Shown here one piece after another: positions 13,201 to 24,200 of a DNA stretch of 64,000 nt. The position numbers and the translations under genes are program-made. The notes under the pieces are model-generated. The model had not been told where the DNA came from, did no database searches, and worked only from the letters and a program-made list of their open reading frames with translations. Source of the stretch: Curvularia clavata. Taxonomy: Eukaryota. How positions within the stretch are numbered: the stretch's first letter is position 1; the number at the start of each line of letters is the position of its first letter. The DNA lies in the NCBI GenBank assembly GCA_023920165.1, contig CP089276.1:2790001-2854000 (forward strand), given 5' to 3'.

Positions 13201-13563
13201 GGGGGCATGCTGTCCGGCCTCTGTCCAAATCTCCTCGCCAGGGTGGCGGGTCTGGACGTTGTTGAGAGCGAATGCGACGTAGGTTGCGGTAGGCGGCTGA
13301 GACTGATGGTGGTGATAGTGATGGGGATGGTGTCGGCGACGGGACGACCAGGCTTCAGCGGCGACGAGAGCGAGGCCGGTCAGGAGCAGAAGGATAGCGA
13401 CTGTGTGCAGGGGCTTGTCGAGAGCAAACGAGTAGTCTATGGGAGTTGCGGTGCTCAGATAGGCAGATGCTAAGACGAGGCCGCTGGTGGTGGTCAGTAT
13501 GGTATGTATAACAGAGGGAGAGGATTGCGCTTACCACGGGAAGAAGAGGGCCTTCCTGTCCAT
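10291..13563 (-). CDS. Glycosyltransferase family 90 (CAP10/CXT1-like) with multi-pass membrane N-terminus
   Basis: ATG 13563 (MDRKALFFPC). Introns 13534-13484, 13074-13019, 12610-12556 and probably 12399-12349. Catalytic part has YRQRYNRDPPPNFDKWY, LPDMDLAINLQDE, LFWRGTTT, YRYLFDTDGAGFSSRF and DMEIYMFRLLLEWGR. Confidence 0.92.
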
Positions 13564-14468
13564 GACCACGGCATTCTTCGTGCTGGCGGGGGGCGAGATT
13601 GGCGATGCGACGCGGCGGGAGAGGGGTGGTGGAGGAGAGAGTGAATTGGTAGAGTGAATGGGCGACCTGGGGAGCGCCAGGCTTGGTCTTACTCTCTCGT
13701 CTCACACTGTCGCCCTCGTCCGCCAGGCACACACGCACACGCCCGGCTGCTCGGCACCTGCGGGAAGACGTGGAGCTGCCCGTGCCCTCGCCCACTACCT
13801 CTCCCACCACCAGACCCTGGATACGGTACCAATACATCATACTACAGTACGCTTGCCACTACCTTCATCTATCGACACCAGCCCATTCGTCGCCTCGTCC
13901 TCTGCGCCTCGCTCTCCGTCTCGCCATCGTCGTTTGTGCCGTCGCCAGCTGAGCCTGTACCAACTCCAAACTCCACCCGCCTACGTATTCATCCGCATCC
14001 AATCTTGTCCCAAAGCGTCTAAATCCTTCGTCTTCCTTCGTCTCCTACAACTCAAAGACGCGTAACACAGCGGGTGCTGACATTCCTCCAAAACGGCCAT
14101 GCGCCGCCTTTGCTACTAGCAATCGTCACATCCACCTACCTGAAACAGTATCTACCTAGGCTTCACGCAGCCACCAATATCGTCTGCATCCTCACTAACA
14201 TCCATGGCCGTTGTGTTGCTGTACGCGGGGCCGCCTCTGCACTGCGGGGGCCGCGTATTCTTCGGGGCGCTGTCACTCCAGCCTACCCTCAGCCCCCGGT
14301 CCCGTCATGTCAGCAAAGCCTCGCATCATCCTGGCCCGTTTCGCTCCGTCATGACTTCAACACTTGATTTGTCTTGTTGTGATATACAATACAACACCAC
14401 TCTAACTCATGCCACCATTGATCCTTCACGGTCCAACTACTCCCACCATTCACAACCCACAGTCCACG

Positions 14469-16081
14469 CTATGACTTCTCAGTGTGCTCTGGGAGCACCC
14501 CTTTGTCCCCATCACTATGCACAGCATGGCTCTCTGGATCGTCGGCATGCGTGTTGGTAATGCCAATCTCGGCCGTCGAAAACTTGTCAGCAACGTTTCT
14601 GTACGCCGGCACAAAGTTGACGCAAAAGGCATAGGTCCATGCTGCCACGAAAAAGGCTAATGGAACGGTCATCGCAGTCGCAGTTGGCGCGTAGCCTTCG
14701 AGCGGCCTCGGTTTTCCAAGCGAATCGCTGGCTGCAAACAACAGCGGTGGCACCACAGCACCGCCAGCGACGCCCGCGACAATGAAGCCTGACCCACGCT
14801 TCGAGTACTTGCCAAGTCCTCGCATGCCCAGCGCCACAATCGTAGGGAAGATGATGCTTTCAAAGAAGAGCACCATGTACAACATACTCATGCCCGTGTT
14901 ACCCCGCTCCGTGATGGCCGGAATAATGAAGACGATGCACATGCTCATGAAGGCGAGAAACACCCATCGCGGCCTGATAAACTTCATCATTGCACTGCCC
15001 ACAAACCGGCCTAGCGTAAAACCTCCCTGCGCTCCCGCGAGGAACCGTGATGCCGTTGCACTATCCGTTAGTTTCCCGTTTGCGTTCACGCGCGTCTCAG
15101 TGACATAGTTGATGAAGGCCCCGGCAATTGCAACCTGTGCGCCAGTGTAACAGAACTGCGCAAATGTCGCGTGGAAAAGACGGTATTGCTTGCGAAACGG
15201 CTTGATGTCAGTGCCAGCATGCGTGCTCTCGGCCTGGAACGCCATATCGGCATCTAATTTCACACGTCAGTCATCTACTGAAGCCTGCCACAGGATAAAC
15301 CATACCAGTGATCTCTGGAATCTCGGTGAAGTAGTACACCACGGCGAGCGCAAAGACAAAACACGCGATTCCAAGGTACGTCCACTGCACGTTCTCCAGA
15401 GACTTCTGGTCAGTGCCCACGTTGTTAAAAAATACGTAAGATGCGAGCACCGGCGCTACGACAGTTCCAATACCGTTGAAGGCTTGCGCAATGTTGATTC
15501 TGATCTCACTGTACTTGGGTGGGCCGCAAACTGTCGTCTGTTAGTCTTTCCTTCTCGTTTTGCCATTGCCAAACACACCTGCAAGATACGGATTCGCCGC
15601 TGTCTCCAGTGAGCCCAGCCCATTGCCGATTACAAAAATCGCGGCGCAGAAGCCACCAAACGAGCGGTAGACCAGGCATGGCCATGCAAGAAGAGAACCA
15701 ATGCCGTAGAGTGTGAGACCCCATATGAACGTGGCCTTGTATCCCCAGTGTCGCAACAGCCAGTTTGCGTGGCCCAGAGACGCCAGCGGGTATGCGCCAA
15801 AGTACGCTGCCTGAAGACCTGACGAGCGAGAGCGCGTGATTCCAAGCTGAATCTGAAAATGCTTGTTGAGTGTGTCGATAAGACCGTATGAAAAGCCCTA
15901 GTCAGGAAGGGGTGGTTAGCAACACCATAGCTGTCGCTACAACGGAGTGTGTGCTTACCCAGAGGAAGAAGAGAATCGTGACCAGACAGAGCGGGTAGAT
16001 ACTCTGCCTTAGTGTAAGCTCTGCAGCACGCGTCCTCTGGTCATCACGACTGCGCAGCTTGGGGCGCTTGAGGAAGCCCAT
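14469..16081 (-). CDS. MFS sugar transporter, L-fucose permease (FucP/GluP)-like
   Basis: ATG 16081. Introns 15958-15898, 15578-15531 and 15305-15254. Motifs LFFLWGFSYGL, LQAAYFGAY, GLGSLETAANPY, FCYTGAQVA and FFESIIFPTI are characteristic of the FucP family. Confidence 0.93.
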
Positions 16082-16256
16082 AATGGTAGATATCTATATG
16101 CCAATGATGATGCGATGGATACGTCCGAGGAGTGTTGAGCTACCAGCTAACTAACAGCAAGCCGTAACAAAGACGACAAGTACAGTGCGTAGAAGAAAGA
16201 GAAAAGAAGGGGAGAAGAAGATGATCAAGATCTGTCCTGCAGGGACGTTTTGTGTC

Positions 16257-16595
16257 CCCCGCCTCTCAAAATGTAACCTGACCTCAACCCTTCCCTACCA
16301 AGCAGACCAAATCGGCGAAATTGTCGGGTCCCACACACGGCAAAAGATAAACACAGTTGGTCGAACCAAGTTGAAAACTCCCCTCATCTTGCCATGCTGA
16401 GCAAGCTAATGCATCCCCGTTCGTTCGTTCGTTGACCAAAGACTCAAGGTTACCCCGGCGCTTGAACCGCATGCAGTTGCGCGCGACCCATCATCACGCG
16501 GGATGCCACTTAAAGCTGGGGTAATCTGGGGAGCGGCGCTAACGGCGTCGGGGTAAAGCCGCGGAATGACGTTGGTGGATGTTTCTTCGCCCCGG
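16257..16595. promoter_or_regulatory. Cluster of SYGGRG (CreA/Mig1-type) motifs upstream of the sugar transporter
   Basis: Matches at 16257 (CCCCGC), 16453 (CCCCGG), 16516 and 16526 (CTGGGG) and 16590 (CCCCGG). The motif is short, so some may be chance matches. Confidence 0.4.
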
Positions 16596-16966
16596 ATTGG
16601 AGAGGCGACCGCTTACGGGCCTTGGCTTTCGGGCGAGTCGAGTCCGAGGCTTATTCGAGACTGGTTGGAAATGGTACATGGATGGAGGAGAGATCGGCAG
16701 ACTTGTGAGTGTCATGAGGAGGGGAGAAGGACGGGCTTGGGTAAAGTGCCGGTGCGATGGGGCGCGGCACGGTAGCTGCATGGAAGGTGTGTCGAGTGGA
16801 GCGGGGTTGGACTTGGGTTTGGGGGGATACTAGTAGGTGAGAACTGTACGTACTGCACAGTGCTACAGATTTGTTCTCCTCTAAAAAAAAGGAATTATCA
16901 TAGTCATGTCTTCAGCACAAAAGGTTCCCATTTGCATTGCTGTCTCTGACCAAGCATGTACTCTGT

Positions 16967-18122
16967 CTAACCCTTGTTCTTAAATTCCAATCCACTCTCC
17001 TTCCTTACAACACCATATATACTAGGGATATCCCCCTTGTCCCCAAGTTCGCTCTTAACCTCATCCAGCCGTCCCTGTGCCAAGGCAAGCATCTTCATGC
17101 TCTCCTTAGCACCACTGCTTTCCGCCAGCGACATGGCATGTCGTGCATCCTTTCTCGCCAAATCCACGTGGAACAAGGGCTCCTCACGCTGATAGTAATC
17201 GCCCGCCAGCATACGCTGCGAGTACGCAGTGTACGGGCCCGAGAACATGGTAGAGATGAACTTGTGCAGGTTTTCGACGCCCAGCCCAGACTTCTCGGCT
17301 AAGACATGGCCCTCAGACAGCTGTGAGACCATGTTAAGAACAAAGGTGTTGCCAATGACTTTCAGGAGAGTAGCGTTGCCGGCGGGTTGATTGGAAAAAT
17401 CTATGTTTTCACGGCCCATGACGCCGGTCGTGTAGGGAGCTACCTTGTCGCAGGAGCCCTTTTTACCAGCCATCACGCAGACTAGCTGACCGTTATCAGC
17501 CATGGCTGGGGCACCAAAAACTTTGATCGAATACTTAGCACAGGTCATGGGGGGAAAGTAGCGGGGATTTCACGACGTACCAGGCATGCCGACAAATTCA
17601 CCTCCATGCTCGGTGATGGACTTCTCAAGACCGTTCGTGGTATCGGGGTGCACCGTTGAGCAATCTACAATGAGCTTGCCTTTGACGTCTTCTTGCAGCA
17701 TAGTGTCGACGGCTGTCTTGACTGCGGCATCGTCGCCCAGACACATGAAGATGACGTCAGCAGACTTGACGGCATCGTTGACGGAATCGACCACTTTGGT
17801 CTTAGAAGTGCCGAGTTTCTGCGACAGGTCCTCGGCGCGGGCTTTGGTGCGATTGTAGAGGATTAGAGGCTTGTCGAGATTACCTTTCTCGACGAGGTTC
17901 TTGCACCTAGTAGTCGTGGCTTGATCAGCAGATACTCCACAACTCTGGCCGAGTGTCTTTTCATTTCTCTCGGCCCTTTACAATAGACCCCTGCAATGCT
18001 GCCAGTCTCGATTTGCACTGACTTACATGCCCTGTGCTGGTTAGTGACACGATGAATAAGGTAGTCGGCTAGACTTGCCCTGCCCATGTTGCCAAGGCCA
18101 ATCCAAGCGAGTTGCGGGCCAT
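16967..18122 (-). CDS. NAD(P)-dependent beta-hydroxyacid dehydrogenase (3-hydroxyisobutyrate/6PGD-like); apparent 1-nt frameshift at codon 2-3
   Basis: Spliced protein reads PQLAWIGLGNMGR-GM-CKNLVEKG...LYNRT...IVDCSTVHP...PVFG...LKVIGN. Introns 18078-18032 (GC-AG), 18026-17907 and 17580-17521. The ATG at 18122 is one base out of frame with the Rossmann motif. Confidence 0.88.
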
Positions 18123-18387
18123 GATACTGTATCTGGCAGTGTGATGGAATATGCGTGTTTTCTTTTTGCGAATGAAGCAGTGTCTGTTACAACAGCTTAT
18201 ATATCGAGAAGGCGTGCACTGCAGCTATCGAGTCGTCGTCATCATGGGGTGTCGGCATGAGGACTCGCCGTGCATACCAGAAGTGGATAAGGTCACGGGC
18301 CGATGTCGGTTACCCACAAATGACGCTCACTTGCCGTTATCGAGGTTTGGCTTGACGTGTGCGAGCAGAAATCTCCATTCCGTCGCG

Positions 18388-18394
18388 GAGTCAT
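18388..18394. promoter_or_regulatory. Gcn4/CpcA-type element (GAGTCAT = ATGACTC) upstream of ARG2
   Basis: Exact TGACTC core about 80 nt before the ATG of an arginine-biosynthesis gene. Confidence 0.5.
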
Positions 18395-18472
18395 ACTTTC
18401 TGACCCCAGCCCTCAATTACCTGTCAGCTCCTGGTTCCTCTGTGTTTGAATAACTGGACGGAGGTATGAAGC

Positions 18473-20650
18473 ATGTTCATCTGGAGCAAAGCCCCCGCGA
18501 GGGGCTTGGGGAAGGCTACGCAGAATGTGCGTATGGAAATCTCGAACGAATTTGGTCGATCGCGCACGACTAACATACAACAGCTTCCCAGATGCGATGA
18601 TAAAGTTAGGAAACTTACACGCACCCAAAAAGCATATTTATCGACCTCCACCACCTATGTCCGCAAATCGTCGAGTTCCGCAAAAGAGCGCCAGCGCGCA
18701 GACCGCGAGCAGCTCACCCGCCTGCTGAAGGAGTCGCCTGGAAAACGCGATGCGCGCAACTTCCTCAAACAATTTGACACCCCTAAAAAGAGCAGAACTG
18801 CTGTCGCTTCCAAGGCGAAGCAGACCGCTAGTGAGAAATCACACGAGTCAACGTCATTGCGCACCGGTGTCAATCTGGGCGACCTATACAAGCCGACCGT
18901 CTTCACACGCGAACCTCTCCCAGAGGAGCAATACCAGACTGAGGAGAAGGATGAGCCCATACATTTGGTGCTGGTTAAACTCCGGCAGCCGCAGACGCTC
19001 GATGATCGGGTGCTAGGAGACATCGCGTTGACTTTGAGTCAGATGGCACAGCTTGGTCTCAGTACTGCCGTGGTACTGGATTGTGACGAGGATGTTGGTC
19101 CATTCACCACCAATGTCAAATCTGAGCATGTCAACATGGTCCGAGATCAGGCACTACGCATGGTCGCCGCCTTGGAGGATTACAACGAGCCAGGAGCAAT
19201 CTTGGTCGAAGACGCCTTGGGGTGCACTCCGTCAGCCCGTGACACGCCTGATCCGGTTCAATTCCAAGGAGATGTACAGGTGCAACACGATTACCTCTTA
19301 TTTCCACCTATTGATGAAGGCGTCATCCCAGTAATCACCCCTTCCGCGTACGACACGAATCTGAAAAAAGTGAGAGTCCAAGCAGATGATGTGCTGCTTG
19401 CGTTGGTTCGCGAGTTTTCTGGTCAAGCTGAGCAAGCTGAGGCAGCAGATGGTGAGAAGCCTGTGTTGGATCGCATCATTATCCTCGACCCGCTGGGCGG
19501 TATTCCCTCTGAGAAGCGCACAGATGGCGCACATGTCTTTGTTAATCTCGAGGCTGAATATGATGATATCAAACAGGAGCTACACCAACTATCGTTAAAG
19601 AACGCAAGGCGCCGTGATCAGAGTAAAACACCATCATTGGGCGCTGGCAACCCGTTCTCCAAGTTCTTTGAAAATGAGATGGCGGCATCGGCGACACTCG
19701 AACAATCAAATGGCTCGGCTCCAATGCGTCATCTCAAGAACCTCGAAGTGGTTCGACGCGGCCTGCAACTGCTTCCCTCATCCTCATCGGGCTTGATTCT
19801 CACTCCACTCGAAGCTGCGCGCAAGGCTATACCCGACGATGCGCGAACGACACCATCGAAAAACCCTTTACTGCATAACGTCTTGACCGACAAGCCCATG
19901 ACGTCCTCATCGCTACCCACATCGCCCACGTCCAGATTTCTAGGCTCCGCTGCACCGAACCCAGCCACCTTCTTCAAAAAAGGTATACCTCTGACCATGA
20001 TACCTGACCCACGCATCCATGGACCGTGGCAGCCGCCATCCGCCTCGAATCCGAGTATCGACCTAGCAAACGATCCACGCATCAATTTCCCTAAGCTTGT
20101 AGATCTCATCGACGACTCCTTTCGACGAAAACTACACCCAGAAAACTACCTCGACCGCATCCATGGGCGCGTTGCTGGCATCATCATAGCAGGCGACTAT
20201 GAAGGCGGCGCAATCTGCACTTGGGAAACTCCCAAATCACTCCAGGGACTCGATCTACCACCTACTTCGTCTCCTGACTCGCCCTACTGGGTCCCATATC
20301 TCGACAAATTCGCTGTGCTCACCTCGTCTCAGGGCTCAGGCGGTGTCTCAGACATCGTGTGGGCTGCGCTTACGCGAACTTGCTTTCCAGCAGGTGTTGT
20401 GTGGAGGAGCCGGACTAGCAATCCGGTCAACAAGTGGTACCAGGAGAGGAGTAATGGAATGTGGAATCTGCCGGGCAACCAGTGGACTATGTTTTGGACT
20501 ACGCAGGGCGTGGAAAGGGGATGGGGTAAGGAGGAATGGGGCAGCGTAAACGCAGAGAAGCGCATGAAGATGAGACGGTGGGATGCGTATGTGGATGTTT
20601 GCAGTGGGATTGAACCGAGCTGGGCAGATGGGATAAAGAGGGCAGATTGA
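18473..20650 (+). CDS. ARG2: Mitochondrial amino-acid N-acetyltransferase (N-acetylglutamate synthase)
   Basis: Basic presequence-like N-terminus, [34 protein letters not shown], and a C-terminal NAT domain YLDKFAV...[17 protein letters not shown]. Probable in-frame intron 18527-18583. Confidence 0.93.
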   Translation: MFIWSKAPARGLGKATQNVRMEISNEFGRSRTTNIQQLPRCDDKVRKLTRTQKAYLSTSTTYVRKSSSSAKERQRADREQLTRLLKESPGKRDARNFLKQFDTPKKSRTAVASKAKQTASEKSHESTSLRTGVNLGDLYKPTVFTREPLPEEQYQTEEKDEPIHLVLVKLRQPQTLDDRVLGDIALTLSQMAQLGLSTAVVLDCDEDVGPFTTNVKSEHVNMVRDQALRMVAALEDYNEPGAILVEDALGCTPSARDTPDPVQFQGDVQVQHDYLLFPPIDEGVIPVITPSAYDTNLKKVRVQADDVLLALVREFSGQAEQAEAADGEKPVLDRIIILDPLGGIPSEKRTDGAHVFVNLEAEYDDIKQELHQLSLKNARRRDQSKTPSLGAGNPFSKFFENEMAASATLEQSNGSAPMRHLKNLEVVRRGLQLLPSSSSGLILTPLEAARKAIPDDARTTPSKNPLLHNVLTDKPMTSSSLPTSPTSRFLGSAAPNPATFFKKGIPLTMIPDPRIHGPWQPPSASNPSIDLANDPRINFPKLVDLIDDSFRRKLHPENYLDRIHGRVAGIIIAGDYEGGAICTWETPKSLQGLDLPPTSSPDSPYWVPYLDKFAVLTSSQGSGGVSDIVWAALTRTCFPAGVVWRSRTSNPVNKWYQERSNGMWNLPGNQWTMFWTTQGVERGWGKEEWGSVNAEKRMKMRRWDAYVDVCSGIEPSWADGIKRAD

Positions 20651-20783
20651 GCACTGCGATAGTCATATTGAGCTGCTGTGGAACACGAGATGAAGCAACC
20701 TTGATTCTCCCAAGGTACACAACGAAACAAAGCCATTTTATTTTTCCCGACCTAGCCATATTACGTCCTGTTCTATCCCACTC

Positions 20784-21299
20784 CTACTTCGCACCACCCA
20801 TCATCAACTCTTTCAACCTCCCTGCCGCAACCCCATCCACAAACTCCACACTCCTGCAAACCTTCCACTGCCCCTGTTCCTTTTCCCCCTGTTCCTCCAT
20901 CCCCAACACCCACACAATCTCATTCTCCACTACCTCTTCCACTCCCTTCGCTCGCATGAAGAAACTAATCCTCAGCATAACCTCCCGCTTCGCCTCGTCA
21001 ACAAGGACATCGCTGATTTTAGCCTCCCACGTCTCAAGCCGCGTGAGCATAGACGAGAGATGGGATGTGAAGGCGGAGAGAGAGAGAGAGCCGTGCAAGT
21101 GGGGAGGCGAGAGAGAGGCAAAGTATGTGTGGCCGAAGGAATGGGTAAATGAGGGCGTGCAGAGGGTCTCTAGGCGCGGAAAATCGATGCGTGTGGGGAG
21201 AGAGGGGTTGTCGGATTGTGAGCCGATGAAGGAGAGGGCTGTGGCGTGGAGGGCTTTGTAGAGGCTTGAGGCGGTAGAGGGTGGTGCGGGGGAAGACAT
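20784..21299 (-). CDS. NTF2/SnoaL-like protein (171 aa)
   Basis: Single-exon ORF with ISDVLVDEAKREV...ENEIVWVL...KVCRSVEFVD, the strand pattern and terminal EFVD seen in fungal NTF2-like (AusH/Trt14-type) proteins. Confidence 0.75.
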   Translation of the reverse strand: MSSPAPPSTASSLYKALHATALSFIGSQSDNPSLPTRIDFPRLETLCTPSFTHSFGHTYFASLSPPHLHGSLSLSAFTSHLSSMLTRLETWEAKISDVLVDEAKREVMLRISFFMRAKGVEEVVENEIVWVLGMEEQGEKEQGQWKVCRSVEFVDGVAAGRLKELMMGGAK

Positions 21300-24200
21300 T
21301 GTTGTGTGTGATTTGGACGCAAGAGAGAGATGCGGTGGTGGTTGTGGTTATGGTTGCAGGTACTGGTTCTCTCCTTCTCTGCAGAGGATGCTTGGCTTTA
21401 AGCTTAAATTTGTAAACTTGATTGCTCGTCAATTTCCTTTTGCTAGACTGGAGCGGTCAGATGTTTATATGTTGCTTGATTATTCAGACAGAGAACCAAA
21501 CTTGTTCGTTCTCCAGCGCGGCGCGGATCCCCACTTGTTGCTGCGGCACAGTTAAAGTTACCGACGCGGGAACCTAGTTAGCTCCCGGCGCGCCGTCAAC
21601 GTCGGTCCCATTGTTCACTCCAACGTCACTTGTCTCTTCTGGTCACTAGTATACACAGCTAGGACGACGTCTTATCGTGAAGAAGGACCAAGGAGGATTG
21701 TACCCCTTTCGAGGGCTAACGACATGCACGCCTGTTTGGAGCAGCATATGGATTCGTATTTGCGACGGGCGTCAAAGCGGTAGTCGTAGAGGGGTGGAAA
21801 GAAACTGGTTCTTCGAGAGCAAAACTTGTATGATTGATTCGTGACGGAGTTCCGCAATATGAAGGCTTCAAGAGTTGGAGTAGCATTAGGGTGAGATTCA
21901 ACGATCGAAAAAATTCGGTAATGTGAGCGGAACATCTGAATGACTTGTAAACTTATCCTGCTTGGATTTCATGAGAAATACACTACACCACCAGCTGATT
22001 GTATGAATGAGACGTAGGCTGTCTGCAGTGTTGTGCTTCTGCTAGAACATATCGATGTGTGTTATGATAGATCAGTAGCCTGATACTTCCAGGCGACAGA
22101 GCCACGACAGGAATCTAGGTCCCAACAATGCCTATAGTCCGCTACACCAGTAGAGAGCTTGTGTCCTGCTGTTCTACTCGTCCGCATCGTGTCTCGGGCC
22201 ATCGCCGCATCGTAATCTCTTCCGATGAACTGGTGGAACTCTATTCTAGCTTCTTGATCTTCTCTCCTTTATGCCTCTCTTGTAACGCATTGTATTTAGT
22301 TGACAGACTTTTTTTTCTACCTCTTAAAGTCAGAGGCAACTTAGAGATTCGAAAAACGGCGGACAGCGGATTGGATCAAGCAAAACGCGAACAGGAATGA
22401 CCTTCTAATGCATCTGAGAGGCAGCTAGGCGTAGCGGCTGGGGATTCTGAATGGACGATACGACGAAATGCGATACAGCTTCCTGAGGGCTCGACGACTG
22501 GGCTTTGCGAGTGTGTTTGCGAAGTTGCAACATGTGGAATATTCCCTGCGTTGTTAGCAGGACACCTTCATAGGTCTTTCATTCACAGGCTTGTAAAGAT
22601 GGAGGCGCAAAAGGATGGAAGAAGCAAAGACACAACGTATCCATCACAGCAGTCGCTTGTGTTGAGTGAAACATGACTGTATCCTCGCTATGAGGCACAG
22701 AAGCAGGAGATCAGGCCGTGTCTCGTGCCGCTCCACGCGCCACGTGCAGTGGACCATCGGCGGCTTTCACGCCCGTGCGTTGTGACACTGGCCACAGAGA
22801 TACTCATGCAGACAGAGAGCCAATGCATTTCTGCCGCAGTTCCCGCCAGAAGCGAGTGTCCCGGCCGCTCCACGCCGACTTCGCATGTCATTTGTGTCGA
22901 GGAGCGAATGGAAAAGAGTCATGTAAGGGGCGGATTGCAAATAATCAAAGATGTCGCGCTGGAGAGGGGATTCTTGACTGAAAACAGCGTGGCTTCAACA
23001 CGTGCCCCCGATCGGCGGAAGGTACGCCCCGATACGGGTCGGACCGGCACCTGTATATCGGGCAATTTCTTTGAGTTCCTGCAGTCAGCTGTGTTTGAGA
23101 TGTTATTTCTCCTTTCCGATGGCCATAGTACGTGCTGGTCGCTTGCATGTTGTTCAAGACTTAGTTGGATCCGCAGATAACAACTTTGTCTGCCCCTTAC
23201 CAGACGAGGTTAGTTGAAGTACCTGCATTGCTTGTCCTCACTGTTAGCTGTTGCTTTACCAAGATAGGGTTTTGTACAAGTCTTCAGTCTCACTGCCGCA
23301 TTTCTCAATAAACACTTTACTTCCGCATTCGGCTGGGTAAAGCGGCGGCAGCCGCAACGAGTGGTATCAGATAAGCCCAGCTCCGCTGTCCCGTACCGCA
23401 AAAGTCCGCTCGAGAAACTTCAACTAGTGCCATTCCTTTGTTCTGTGCCGCCATCTCTCGGGTGATGTGGCTCGAAAGGGTAGAACCGTCCTGGAACTAT
23501 ACTCGATTGCGCGCAGTGCAAGCGTGGCCACATCGATTGTTGCCTAACTACGCATTCGTTTCTAAATTTCTTTTTCCCGTAGTGATTGTCCATCTGTAAA
23601 CCTGTGGGGTATCATCGGCCCATCCCACTCGTTGAGCCGAAGTCCCGCACTGGCTGTTTTTTCTCTCGGGCCAAGTGTACTCTACGGGAGAAGGTGTGGG
23701 CGGGTAGACCATCTGCCTTCTTCTGCGTTCCCGAGACGGGTCAAAGAAGCAATACCACTCGTCGGCTTATGCCAACTAGTTGCATAGGTCGGGGTCATCG
23801 CAGACTTTAGCGCTACGCACGAATGCTATAGCCTAGATTCATGAAAGCCATCTAGTGCATAGCGCAACGCCATCTGTGACTAGAATGTCATCCTTTTCAC
23901 GAGTTCTATAGCCTTTATCCCTGTAGGAAATTTGTCTTTTGTCGTCACGGGTCTTCACAAATGTTGTTGTAGCGGCGGGATCCTCGGACGGGACAAGCAA
24001 ACGCGTTCGAAGGGCTGGAGCGCGACTTGGGTCTTGGTGGCCTGATACTGTGTCCAAAATATCAGCAATCAGCACTCGCTCAGGTGTCCAGTGTATACAA
24101 CAGACATACTGCTGATGGTGTCGTAAGATCCCGGTCGGTATGCAACACGGCTATCCTTGGGGTGGGCAGCTTGCCAGTGAGCCAGCATGGCCCTTGTCAG

